From Gemmatimonadaceae bacterium (GTDB lineage: Bacteria > Gemmatimonadota > Gemmatimonadetes > Gemmatimonadales > Gemmatimonadaceae): 39,853 bases of DNA. Shown piece by piece: positions 8,162 to 15,225 of this stretch (position 1 is its first letter; each line of letters opens with the position of its first letter). The stretch is taken from assembly GCA_040901985.1 (NCBI GenBank), contig JBBDYC010000019.1:39907-79759 (forward strand), in the 5' to 3' direction. The notes beneath the pieces are model-generated. The model saw only the letters and a program-made list of their open reading frames with translations, ran no database searches and was not told the origin of the DNA. The position numbers and the translations under genes were made by a program.

Positions 8162-8875
8162 TTACGGCTGGCCGGGGATCGGCGTCGGGACGATTGGGTT
8201 CTGTGTCGGGACCGTCGGACGGCCACCCGTCGCCGGCACGTTCTCCGGACGCCCGGTGCTGGCCGGGCGCACTCCCTGCCCAGCGCCCGCCGCGCGCTCG
8301 CGGCCCTGCGTCGCGGCCATGGTCTCGAGCTCGAGATCCGTCGCCCGGGCCGCCAGCCGCTCCTGCACCCGCTGCAGCGCCGCAGCGGACGGGAGGCCGT
8401 GCTCCACCAGCGAGCCGATCACGAAGAGCGGCACGGCGAGCGAACGTCCCGACGGCGCGGACCGGGCAAGGGCGCTCACCGCTGCGCCGTCCACGCCCTG
8501 CCGCATCGCCTCGGCGCCGGCAGCAATCTCCTCTCCGGCCGCGCGCTCGGCGCGGGCCGACTCGATTGCCTCGCGGGCCCGGAACATCCGGACGGCGTGC
8601 TCGCCGATGGCGCGTTCAAGGTCTGCCGGGGCCACACCCCGCGCCGCGAACTTGAGCGCACGGTTCTCCAGCGCCGTCACCGCCTGCGAGGGGAGGGCAC
8701 GGCTTCGCGCGTCGGCAATCGTCGCGAGCACACGCTCCGCGACTTCCGCCGGGAGGACCGCACGCAGCCGTTCGGCGGGATCCTGGGCCGGCACCTGGGC
8801 GCCGAGCACGAAGGCGCACACCGCCACAAGGGGGAGCGAACGCAGCATAGCAACAACGGTACGCATCGTCCGCAT
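8162..8875 (-). CDS. Secreted helical hypothetical protein, paralog 2
   Basis: AGGAG RBS before ATG 8875; signal peptide; Ala-rich helical core closely similar to 9071-9757; Pro-rich tail. Confidence 0.8.
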   Translation of the reverse strand: MRTMRTVVAMLRSLPLVAVCAFVLGAQVPAQDPAERLRAVLPAEVAERVLATIADARSRALPSQAVTALENRALKFAARGVAPADLERAIGEHAVRMFRAREAIESARAERAAGEEIAAGAEAMRQGVDGAAVSALARSAPSGRSLAVPLFVIGSLVEHGLPSAAALQRVQERLAARATDLELETMAATQGRERAAGAGQGVRPASTGRPENVPATGGRPTVPTQNPIVPTPIPGQP

Positions 8876-8937
8876 ACTCACGACTCCTGGCACAGGGGCC
8901 TTTCCGTAATGTCCGACCCGCCGACCCTACATCCATA

Positions 8938-8967
8938 GAGACTACACCGAGCCCCGGCCACGTCACA
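8938..8967 (-). promoter_or_regulatory. Putative ECF sigma promoter TGTGACG-N18-GTCTC
   Basis: The same -35/-10 words and 18-nt spacer recur at 9790-9819. Confidence 0.6.
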
Positions 8968-8990
8968 ACCCCGGAGGGCCGGCCAAGCCA

Positions 8991-9023
8991 AACGGGGTGG
9001 GAGGCCAAGCCCCCCACCCCGTT
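8991..9023 (-). terminator. Intrinsic terminator downstream of 9071-9757
   Basis: Minus strand reads AACGGGGTGGGGGGC-TTG-GCCTCCCACCCCGTT followed by T; 15-bp stem with one G-U pair. Confidence 0.75.
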
Positions 9024-9070
9024 CAGTCCGTCACCAGTTGTGCATTACGCTGTGCCTTGCGGCCGCGGCC

Positions 9071-9757
9071 TTACGGGCGGCCTGGGGCCGGCGCCGGGGC
9101 CGGGCGTGTCGGGACCGAGGGACGGCCACCGGTCGCCGGCACGGTCTCCGGACGACCCGTCGTCGGGCGCGCCGCAGGCCGGCCCGCCCACTCCGGGCGA
9201 TTACCGTCAACCGTCGCCAGCCCTTCGAGTTCGCCATCGCTCGCCCGGGCCTGCAGTCGCTCCATCACACGCTGCAGCGCGGCGTCGGACGGCAGGCCGC
9301 GCTCCACCAGGCTGCCAATCACAAAGAGCGGGACCGCCAACGAGCGGCCTGACGGCGCGGACTGCGCCAGCGCACTCACGGCCGCGCCATCAACGCCCTG
9401 GCGCATCGCCTCGGCCCCGGCCTCGATCTCCTCGCCGTTGGCCTTCTGGCCGATGGCGGTCTCAAGGGTCTGGCGCGCCGTCTCCATCCGGACGACGTGC
9501 TCACCGATCGCACGCTCGATGTCGGCCGGGGCCACGCCGCGGGCGGCGAAGGCGAGGGCGCGGTTTTCGAGCGCGGCCGCGGGGAGCTCGCGGCTCCGTG
9601 CCGCTTCAATCTTCGCAATCACGCGCTCGGCGACGTCGGCCGGGAGCACCTCGCGGAGCTTCGCTGTGGGATCGTGCGCCTGCGCGCCGAGCGTGGCGCC
9701 AAGCATCAGGAACGGGATGGCGCACAACAGGGCGCGCCCGAACAGGGACTTTGTCAT
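9071..9757 (-). CDS. Secreted helical hypothetical protein, paralog 1
   Basis: GGAGAG RBS and start MTKSLF; signal peptide; core AGAEAMRQGVDGAAVSALA.SAPSGRSLAVPLFVIGSLVE.GLPS shared with 8162-8875. Confidence 0.82.
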   Translation of the reverse strand: MTKSLFGRALLCAIPFLMLGATLGAQAHDPTAKLREVLPADVAERVIAKIEAARSRELPAAALENRALAFAARGVAPADIERAIGEHVVRMETARQTLETAIGQKANGEEIEAGAEAMRQGVDGAAVSALAQSAPSGRSLAVPLFVIGSLVERGLPSDAALQRVMERLQARASDGELEGLATVDGNRPEWAGRPAARPTTGRPETVPATGGRPSVPTRPAPAPAPGRP

Positions 9758-9789
9758 CTGCGTCTCTCCGTGATGAAGGGTACGCTTGG

Positions 9790-9819
9790 GAGACTCCAAG
9801 GAGCGCCCGTCGCGTCACA
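9790..9819 (-). promoter_or_regulatory. Putative ECF sigma promoter TGTGACG-N18-GTCTC
   Basis: Same motif as 8938-8967; the -35 word overlaps the stop codon of the upstream gene. Confidence 0.6.
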
Positions 9820-10990
9820 TCCGGCCGCGGACGACGACACGCCCCGAGACGAAGCCGAACTCGTCCGTGCTCGGATCGGCACCCGGGGGCACCTGCCACG
9901 CGCCGCCATCGATGCGTACCACTAATTCCACTGTGTGGGCGCGCGCGTCGAAGACGCCCTCCCACCAGCCATCACGGCCCTGGGTCAGCGCGACCGGGCT
10001 CCAGCCGGTCAAGTCGGCATTCACCTCCACGCGGGTTGCATTCGGTGCGCGGACCCGCAGGTTCACCCGGGTGTCGTCAATCGCGCGGACCGCGAAGTCG
10101 TGGATCCCTTTGTCCCTGGCGGCGAGGCGTAGCCGCCGCGTCTCCTGACCGAGCCGGATGTGCGCGGGGCGAAGGGCACCGAAGCGGATGCCCGCCGACA
10201 CGAACTGTCCGGCCGGGTATCCCTGCGTCAAGTCCACCGGGTAGGTCCCGACGGCGGCGGTCAGCGCCGCGCGTTCGGCGACCCACGCCACGAGCCCCAC
10301 GCCGCCCCATACCCGCTGCTCGCCACCGACGATCGGCAACGTCGAGCCAATACGACCGCCCAACGATCCCGAGAGATCAACGCGCCCACGACTGATCGTG
10401 AAGGCTGCCAGCAGGTCGGTGTAGCCGAGCGTGTCGTCGGTGACGGTTGGCGTGGCGAACACCGTGAAGGTCTCGAGCGCGCGGCGCCAGGAGAGGCCCG
10501 CCTCCGCCTGACGCACACCGCGCCAGACTGCGCCGTCGTACATCGCGCCGAGTCCGCCGCCGAGCCAGGCCCCACCCCACTCGCGCAGCAAGTGGACGCG
10601 CGTCGCGCCGAGCGCCTGCGCCGTGGAGGCACCGTCCGGATGCGCACTTCCGCCGCCGACCCCGCCGAGCTCGAGGACCAGCCCACCAGCGGAAGGCGGC
10701 GTGTAGCCGGCGAGCGAGAGGAGCCCCTGTTGCGACCACCCGGCCCCCTCGACGCTGGAGAGGGTCGCCGATCCCCCAGCACTGAACAACCGGGAGCTGA
10801 CGTGTACACTCGGCGTCAGGGTGACCGACGCGAACGCGGCTTGCTCCGCGAATCGGACGGACGAGGCGCCGGCCGCGATTGATGCGGTCGCCTGCTGGGC
10901 GAGGAGACCCGCCGGCGTCAGGATGACGAGCGCAACCAATGCGCGGTGGACCCTCACACGGCCTCGGTGTCTGTCTGTCTGTTTGCGCAT
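9815..10990 (-). CDS. Exported protein with a probable beta-barrel and a C-terminal CBM48/AMPK-beta-like glycogen-binding domain
   Basis: GGAGG RBS; signal peptide LLA-QQ; Gly/aromatic alternating strands; C-terminal VRAPNATRVEVNADLTGWSPVAL...GWW...VRIDGGAWQVPPG...DEFG typical of CBM48/E-set domains. Confidence 0.78.
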   Translation of the reverse strand: MRKQTDRHRGRVRVHRALVALVILTPAGLLAQQATASIAAGASSVRFAEQAAFASVTLTPSVHVSSRLFSAGGSATLSSVEGAGWSQQGLLSLAGYTPPSAGGLVLELGGVGGGSAHPDGASTAQALGATRVHLLREWGGAWLGGGLGAMYDGAVWRGVRQAEAGLSWRRALETFTVFATPTVTDDTLGYTDLLAAFTISRGRVDLSGSLGGRIGSTLPIVGGEQRVWGGVGLVAWVAERAALTAAVGTYPVDLTQGYPAGQFVSAGIRFGALRPAHIRLGQETRRLRLAARDKGIHDFAVRAIDDTRVNLRVRAPNATRVEVNADLTGWSPVALTQGRDGWWEGVFDARAHTVELVVRIDGGAWQVPPGADPSTDEFGFVSGRVVVRGRM

Positions 10991-11017
10991 CTGCCACCTC
11001 CGGGGAACCTGATCTCC

Positions 11018-11046
11018 TTGACCTGACGCGGCAGTATGTCGTGACA
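11018..11046 (-). promoter_or_regulatory. Variant ECF-like promoter TGTCACG-N17-GTCAA
   Basis: Resembles the two TGTGACG-N18-GTCTC motifs; lies 28 nt upstream of the ATG at 10990. Confidence 0.4.
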
Positions 11047-11076
11047 CTTCACGATGCGCTACCTCGTAATTCCCCC

Positions 11077-11361
11077 CTAGGAGGAGGCGAACCCCTGCTT
11101 CGCGAGCGCCTCGAGGAGCGCGCCCCGCAGGCGTTCTGGCTGGGGATGCTCACGTCGGGTGCGCTTGACCGCCTCGAGAAAGGCCGCCTCGAAGTCGGTC
11201 TGCGGCTTGCACCGCGAGCACATCTCGACGTGCTGGCGGATGGCCGCGGCGCGGTCGGCCGTGAGCTCGCCATCCAGATAGTCCCAGAGTTGCCGCATCA
11301 CGGTGTCACAGTCAATGCTTGGCGCGTGGGCGCGGCGGAACAGGCGGTTGAAGATCCTCAT
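11077..11361 (-). CDS. Zinc-binding anti-sigma factor (zf-HC2/ZAS, RsrA-like)
   Basis: IDCDTVMRQLWDYLDGEL...HVEMCSRC fits the C...HxxxCxxC motif; soluble; directly downstream of the ECF sigma. Confidence 0.9.
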   Translation of the reverse strand: MRIFNRLFRRAHAPSIDCDTVMRQLWDYLDGELTADRAAAIRQHVEMCSRCKPQTDFEAAFLEAVKRTRREHPQPERLRGALLEALAKQGFASS

Positions 11362-11362
11362 A

Positions 11363-11974
11363 TCATCTCCCGCCCTCGGGGCGAGGCTGCGATTGGGTGT
11401 TCGGTGCCAGGCCGGCGTCCCTGGCGTGATCAATGAGCGCTTCCTGCATCAGCCGCCGCGCGCGAAACAGCCTTGACCGGACGGTCCCGACCGGCACGTC
11501 GAGGATCTGGGCGGCTTCGTCGTACGACTGATCGTGCAGGTCAACGAGGGTGACGGCTTCGCGGAACGGCTCCGGCAGCTGCTCGAGGGCCCGCGCGACC
11601 GCATCGGACAGGTCCACGGTCGCGAACAACTCCCCGAAGCCCGACTGCAGGGCCGAGGCGTGTACGGCCGCGGCCGCCAGCGCCTCCAGTTCGGCATCGT
11701 CGGCGTCAACGTACCGAGCCTCCCGCACGCGGCCGCGGCGGAACGCATTGCGACAGATGACGAACAGCCAGGCCCGACATTCCGTCCCCGGCGTGAAGCG
11801 GTCCCAGGACGCGTAGGCCTTGAGAAAGGTTTCCTGCACCAGGTCGTCGGCGTCGGCCTCGTCCCGGGCGAGGGAGAGGGCGAAGCGGGTGACGTCGGGC
11901 AGCCACCGCAGCGCCTCCGCCTCGAACGCCCGGTTTTTCTCCTGCTGGGCCGCTGAGCGGGGCGGCATCTCCAT
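11363..11974 (-). CDS. ECF RNA polymerase sigma-70 factor (SigR/SigH-like)
   Basis: Region 2 DADDLVQETFLKAYASWDRFTPGTECRAWLFVICRN; region 4 LPEPFREAVTLVDLHDQSYDEAAQILDVPVGTVRSRLFRAR. Confidence 0.95.
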   Translation of the reverse strand: MEMPPRSAAQQEKNRAFEAEALRWLPDVTRFALSLARDEADADDLVQETFLKAYASWDRFTPGTECRAWLFVICRNAFRRGRVREARYVDADDAELEALAAAAVHASALQSGFGELFATVDLSDAVARALEQLPEPFREAVTLVDLHDQSYDEAAQILDVPVGTVRSRLFRARRLMQEALIDHARDAGLAPNTQSQPRPEGGR

Positions 11975-11982
11975 GGCACGGC

Positions 11983-12008
11983 AACTCGCGGGTCAGCGCG
12001 GAAGTTCC
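11983..12008 (-). promoter_or_regulatory. Autoregulatory ECF promoter GGAAC-N18-GTT, leaderless for the sigma gene
   Basis: GGAAC at 12008-12004, 18-nt spacer, GTT at 11985-11983, then 8 nt to the ATG; matches the SigR/SigH consensus GGAAY-N18-GTT. Confidence 0.75.
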
Positions 12009-12064
12009 CGCGGGCACGTGGGGCGTGGCGTGTGGCGCGCGGCGAGTCGTACGAGCGCCGGCCG

Positions 12065-12090
12065 GGAACTGACTGGATGGCCCGTGCGTT
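12065..12090 (+). promoter_or_regulatory. ECF promoter GGAAC-N18-GTT for the divergent membrane protein
   Basis: GGAAC at 12065-12069, 18-nt spacer, GTT at 12088-12090. Confidence 0.75.
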
Positions 12091-12164
12091 GTCGTGTGCC
12101 GGTTCGTCGCGCAGCCCGCCCCGGGACTGCGCCAGCTCCATCACCCTGCCGGACAGGAGACACG

Positions 12165-12602
12165 ATGCGAATCAATCTTGGCAAGGCCATTGCGGCCGGC
12201 ATCATCGGGACCCTCGTGATGACTGCCGTCGGGCTCTGGATGGCGCCGATGATGGGAATCCCGCGGATGAATCCCGCCGAGATGCTCGCGGGACAGATGG
12301 GTGGCAGTCTCGTGCTGGGATGGGCAGGCCACCTGATGATTGGGTCCATCCTCGCGGTGGGCTACGCCGCGGTCGCGTCGCGGCTGCCCGGCCCGGTCGC
12401 GATTCGCGGCGCGGTGTACGCGCTGGCACCGTTCCTGATGGCCCAGATTGCCGTGATGCCGATGATGGGGATGCCGCTGTTCTCGGGGTCCATCCCAATG
12501 GCGATGGGGAGTCTCATCGGGCACATCGTCTACGGAGCGGTGGTCGGCGCCGTGTACGGCGCTGCGGCGATCACCCCAGCGCCGCGAGTAGCGCGCGCCT
12601 GA
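12165..12602 (+). CDS. Methionine-rich four-TM membrane protein (DUF6789/DUF2938-like)
   Basis: AGGAGA RBS; MRINLGKAIAAGIIGT...GWAGHLMIG...GSLIGHIVYG; 16 Met in 145 aa and two intramembrane His. Confidence 0.85.
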   Translation: MRINLGKAIAAGIIGTLVMTAVGLWMAPMMGIPRMNPAEMLAGQMGGSLVLGWAGHLMIGSILAVGYAAVASRLPGPVAIRGAVYALAPFLMAQIAVMPMMGMPLFSGSIPMAMGSLIGHIVYGAVVGAVYGAAAITPAPRVARA

Positions 12603-12814
12603 ACTCTTCGGGCCGCTCCTCGTGCGGCCAGTGCCCCGCGCCCGCAATCGGCGTGACGGTCGCGTGCGGGATCCCCCGCTGCCACCGCTCGAGGCACGAG
12701 CACCACCGGGGGGCCGGCGCCGTCGCGCACATAGTGGAGCCGTCCGCCCGTCACCGGCAGCCATCGCGGCGCCCACTCCCAGGTGGCCGGGTCCGGCCAC
12801 ACCACGTCGCCCAT
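12571..12814 (-). pseudogene. Alpha/beta-hydrolase remnant with a large internal deletion
   Basis: GGAG RBS and N-terminus MGDVVWPDPATWEWAPRWLPVTGGRLHYVRDGAGPPVVLV join out of frame at 12694/12693 to the C-terminus LERWQRGIPHATVTPIAGAGHWPHEERPEEFRRALLAALG*. Confidence 0.8.
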
Positions 12815-12913
12815 CGTCGGATCTCCCTCGTGCTCTGCCTCGTGCAACGCTTGACAGCGCGGCCCCTGCGGCGCACTTCAAGGCAATCTGCCACATCAAC
12901 CTCCGGGGACCCA

Positions 12914-13339
12914 ATGATCACACGCAAGGCCGACGCCCGCTGGGAAGGTGAACTGAAGACGGGGAAGGGCACCATCAAGCTCGGGAGCGGGGCGTACGAG
13001 GGGCCGTACTCGTTCGGCACTCGCTTCGAGTCCGCGCCGGGCACCAACCCCGAGGAACTGATCGGTGCCGCGCACGCGGGGTGCTTTTCGATGGACCTCA
13101 ACAACCGCCTCGCGACGTCGGGCCACCTGCCGACAAGCGTCGCCACCACCGCCGAGGTCCGCCTCGACCGGGTGGATGGCAAGATGACGATTGTCGGGAT
13201 TGCACTGACCTGCGTGGCCAAGGTGCCGGGACTCGACGCGGCGGAGTTCCAGAAGGTCGCCGAGGAGGCCAAGGCGGGGTGCATCATCTCGCGCGCCCTG
13301 GCGTCGGTGCCGATGACGCTCAAGGCGACGCTGGGCTGA
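12914..13339 (+). CDS. osmC: OsmC-family peroxiredoxin
   Basis: A.WEG.LK.GKG, YSFGTRFE..PGTNPEELIGAAHAGCFSM and AKAGCIISRAL, carrying both catalytic Cys. Confidence 0.93.
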   Translation: MITRKADARWEGELKTGKGTIKLGSGAYEGPYSFGTRFESAPGTNPEELIGAAHAGCFSMDLNNRLATSGHLPTSVATTAEVRLDRVDGKMTIVGIALTCVAKVPGLDAAEFQKVAEEAKAGCIISRALASVPMTLKATLG

Positions 13340-13368
13340 GCGGCGGGCGCGTCCCGCCCGCGCGCTCA
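13337..13368. terminator. GC-rich hairpin between convergent genes
   Basis: TGAGCG-GCGGGCG/CGTCC/CGCCCGC-G-CGCTCA spans both stop codons; no U-tract. Confidence 0.45.
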
Positions 13369-14040
13369 CTCCTCGGCGGGCGCCCCCGATGGCCGTGACA
13401 TCATCCGCCATGCGGTGGTGATGGCGAGGAGGAACCAGAGGATGTCGAAGCCGCTGAAGTGCCAGCCCACTTGCTGCATCACCGGGATGGACGCGATGAA
13501 TCCGGCGGCGTAGGCCTGCATTGCGGAGTCGCGTTGGACGGTGGGCAGGGTGTCGAAGTGCTGTTGGCCGGCCACCTGCATCTGCGCCCAGAGCGCGTCG
13601 GAGAGGGTGTCGCCCGCCGGCACGGCGTCGAGCTCGGCCTGGACGTCGGTCGGGAAGGCGCGGTCGCTGCGCAGCATCCAGACGCCGACGCCGGCTGGCG
13701 CCGCGTCATCCTCGACGATGGACTTCACGATGGCCGGCTTCACGACATACTCGTGCAGCAGCGCCTTGCCGGCGAGCAGGCCGAGCGCCGCGAGGGCCGC
13801 GGCGGCGAGAGCGGGGCCCTTGCCCCGGGCCGGCGAGGCGCGCGACATCATAAACCCGGTGAGGCCGCCCACGCCCCAGGCGACGAACCCGACCTCGGTC
13901 TCGGTGAGGGCGGCAATCAGCGCCCACACGCCGCCGCCGATCAGGGCGCCGAGCAGGCCGGCGAGGACGGGGATTCGCTCGGACATCGAGCGCTCGTACG
14001 GGGTCAGCGACGGGGACGCGTCGGGCGACTCGCTTGTCAT
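13366..14040 (-). CDS. Hypothetical membrane protein
   Basis: AGGAG RBS; three N-terminal hydrophobic helices (GALIGGGVWALI..EVGFVAWGVGGLTG); C-terminal FSGFDILWFLLAITTAWRM. Confidence 0.75.
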   Translation of the reverse strand: MTSESPDASPSLTPYERSMSERIPVLAGLLGALIGGGVWALIAALTETEVGFVAWGVGGLTGFMMSRASPARGKGPALAAAALAALGLLAGKALLHEYVVKPAIVKSIVEDDAAPAGVGVWMLRSDRAFPTDVQAELDAVPAGDTLSDALWAQMQVAGQQHFDTLPTVQRDSAMQAYAAGFIASIPVMQQVGWHFSGFDILWFLLAITTAWRMMSRPSGAPAEE

Positions 14041-14152
14041 AGGACTCCTGGGGGGTGGGGGGCGGCCCAAATATGCATCGCGTTACGGACGACTGACTGA
14101 CGCCTGGGGCACGCGGCTGGCCTCGCCTGCGCGCGCTCACTAAGATGCCCTC

Positions 14153-15118
14153 GTGACCACCGCCGTCCCGCATCTCCTGCTGGTCAACCTCGGCACGCCG
14201 ACCGCGCCGACTCCCGAGGCGGTGCGCACCTTTCTCGACGAATTCCTCAGCGACCCCGACGTGGTGGACCTGCCGTGGATCCTCTGGCAGCCAATCCTCC
14301 AGGGGATCGTGCTCCGGACGCGCCCCAAGCGCGTGGCCCATCAGTACGCATCCATCTGGACCACCGCCGGGTCCCCGCTGCGCGTCGCCACCGAGCAGAT
14401 GGTGGCGGCCCTGCGCGCGCGCAGCGGCGGCCGCTACACGGTGAGCGAGGCGTATCGTTACGGCGAGCCGTCGCTCGACTCGGCGATGCAACAGCTGGCG
14501 CGGATGTCCAGCGGGCCTGTGGTGCTGGTGCCGCTCTTTCCGCAACGGACGGGCGCGACGACGGGTACGGCGTTCCAACGAGGGCGCGAGGCAGCGGCGC
14601 GCTCGGGCATCGCGGACCGGCTCGTCGAGCGCCCGATCGCCCCGGCGGCCCCGGGCTATATCGCGGCGATGGTGGCGCGCTGGCACGAGGCGCTCGCCGG
14701 CGCGGCAACGGCGCCCGAACACCTCGTGGTGTCGTTCCACGGGATTCCCACGCGGTACAACCGGCGCGAAAACCTGGTCTATACCGAGGACTGCGAGGAG
14801 ACGACCGCCGCGTTCATCGAGGCGATTGGCTGGCCGGCCGACCGGATGACGCTCGCCTACCAGTCCAAGTTCGGCCCGGAGCCGTGGTTGCTGCCCGCCA
14901 CCGCCGACGTGCTCGTGGAGCTGCCGCGCCGCGGCATCACCAACGTGGCGGTGATCACGCCGGGGTTCGTGACCGAGGGGCTGGAGACGATCGAGGAGAT
15001 CGGCATCCGCGGCCGCGAGGATTTCGAGGCGGCTGGCGGGCGGCACTACCTCCGCGTCGGCGGCGTGGAGGATCACGTCGGATTCCTCGACACGCTCGAG
15101 GAACTCGCGCTCGCCTGA
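14153..15118 (+). CDS. hemH: Ferrochelatase
   Basis: LLLVNLGTP, FLSDPDVV, GSPL, YRYGEP, LFPQ, SFHGIP, YQSKFGPEPWL and LETIEEI. Confidence 0.95.
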   Translation: MTTAVPHLLLVNLGTPTAPTPEAVRTFLDEFLSDPDVVDLPWILWQPILQGIVLRTRPKRVAHQYASIWTTAGSPLRVATEQMVAALRARSGGRYTVSEAYRYGEPSLDSAMQQLARMSSGPVVLVPLFPQRTGATTGTAFQRGREAAARSGIADRLVERPIAPAAPGYIAAMVARWHEALAGAATAPEHLVVSFHGIPTRYNRRENLVYTEDCEETTAAFIEAIGWPADRMTLAYQSKFGPEPWLLPATADVLVELPRRGITNVAVITPGFVTEGLETIEEIGIRGREDFEAAGGRHYLRVGGVEDHVGFLDTLEELALA

Positions 15119-15133
15119 TGCCCGGGGTCGGGG

Positions 15134-15160
15134 AATCCCCCGGGCGCCGCGGGGGATTTT
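15134..15160 (+). terminator. Intrinsic terminator after hemH
   Basis: Perfect 9-bp stem AATCCCCCG/CGGGGGATT with a 7-nt loop, ending in a T run. Confidence 0.6.
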
Positions 15161-15225
15161 CCGGAACTTGGCGCGCTATGACGCGGCTGTGACACTCGCC
15201 CCGGTGGGCCGGGCTAGACTAGCGT

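Noticed and set aside
12851..12879. TTGACA-N17-CACTTC promoter for osmC
   Set aside because: The -35 is perfect but the -10 is poor; plausible, yet not supported well enough to list as a feature
15163..15188. GGAAC-N18-GCT upstream of hemA as a third SigR-like promoter
   Set aside because: The -10 word mismatches the conserved GTT, and a TAGACT leaderless element explains hemA transcription; not excluded but unsupported
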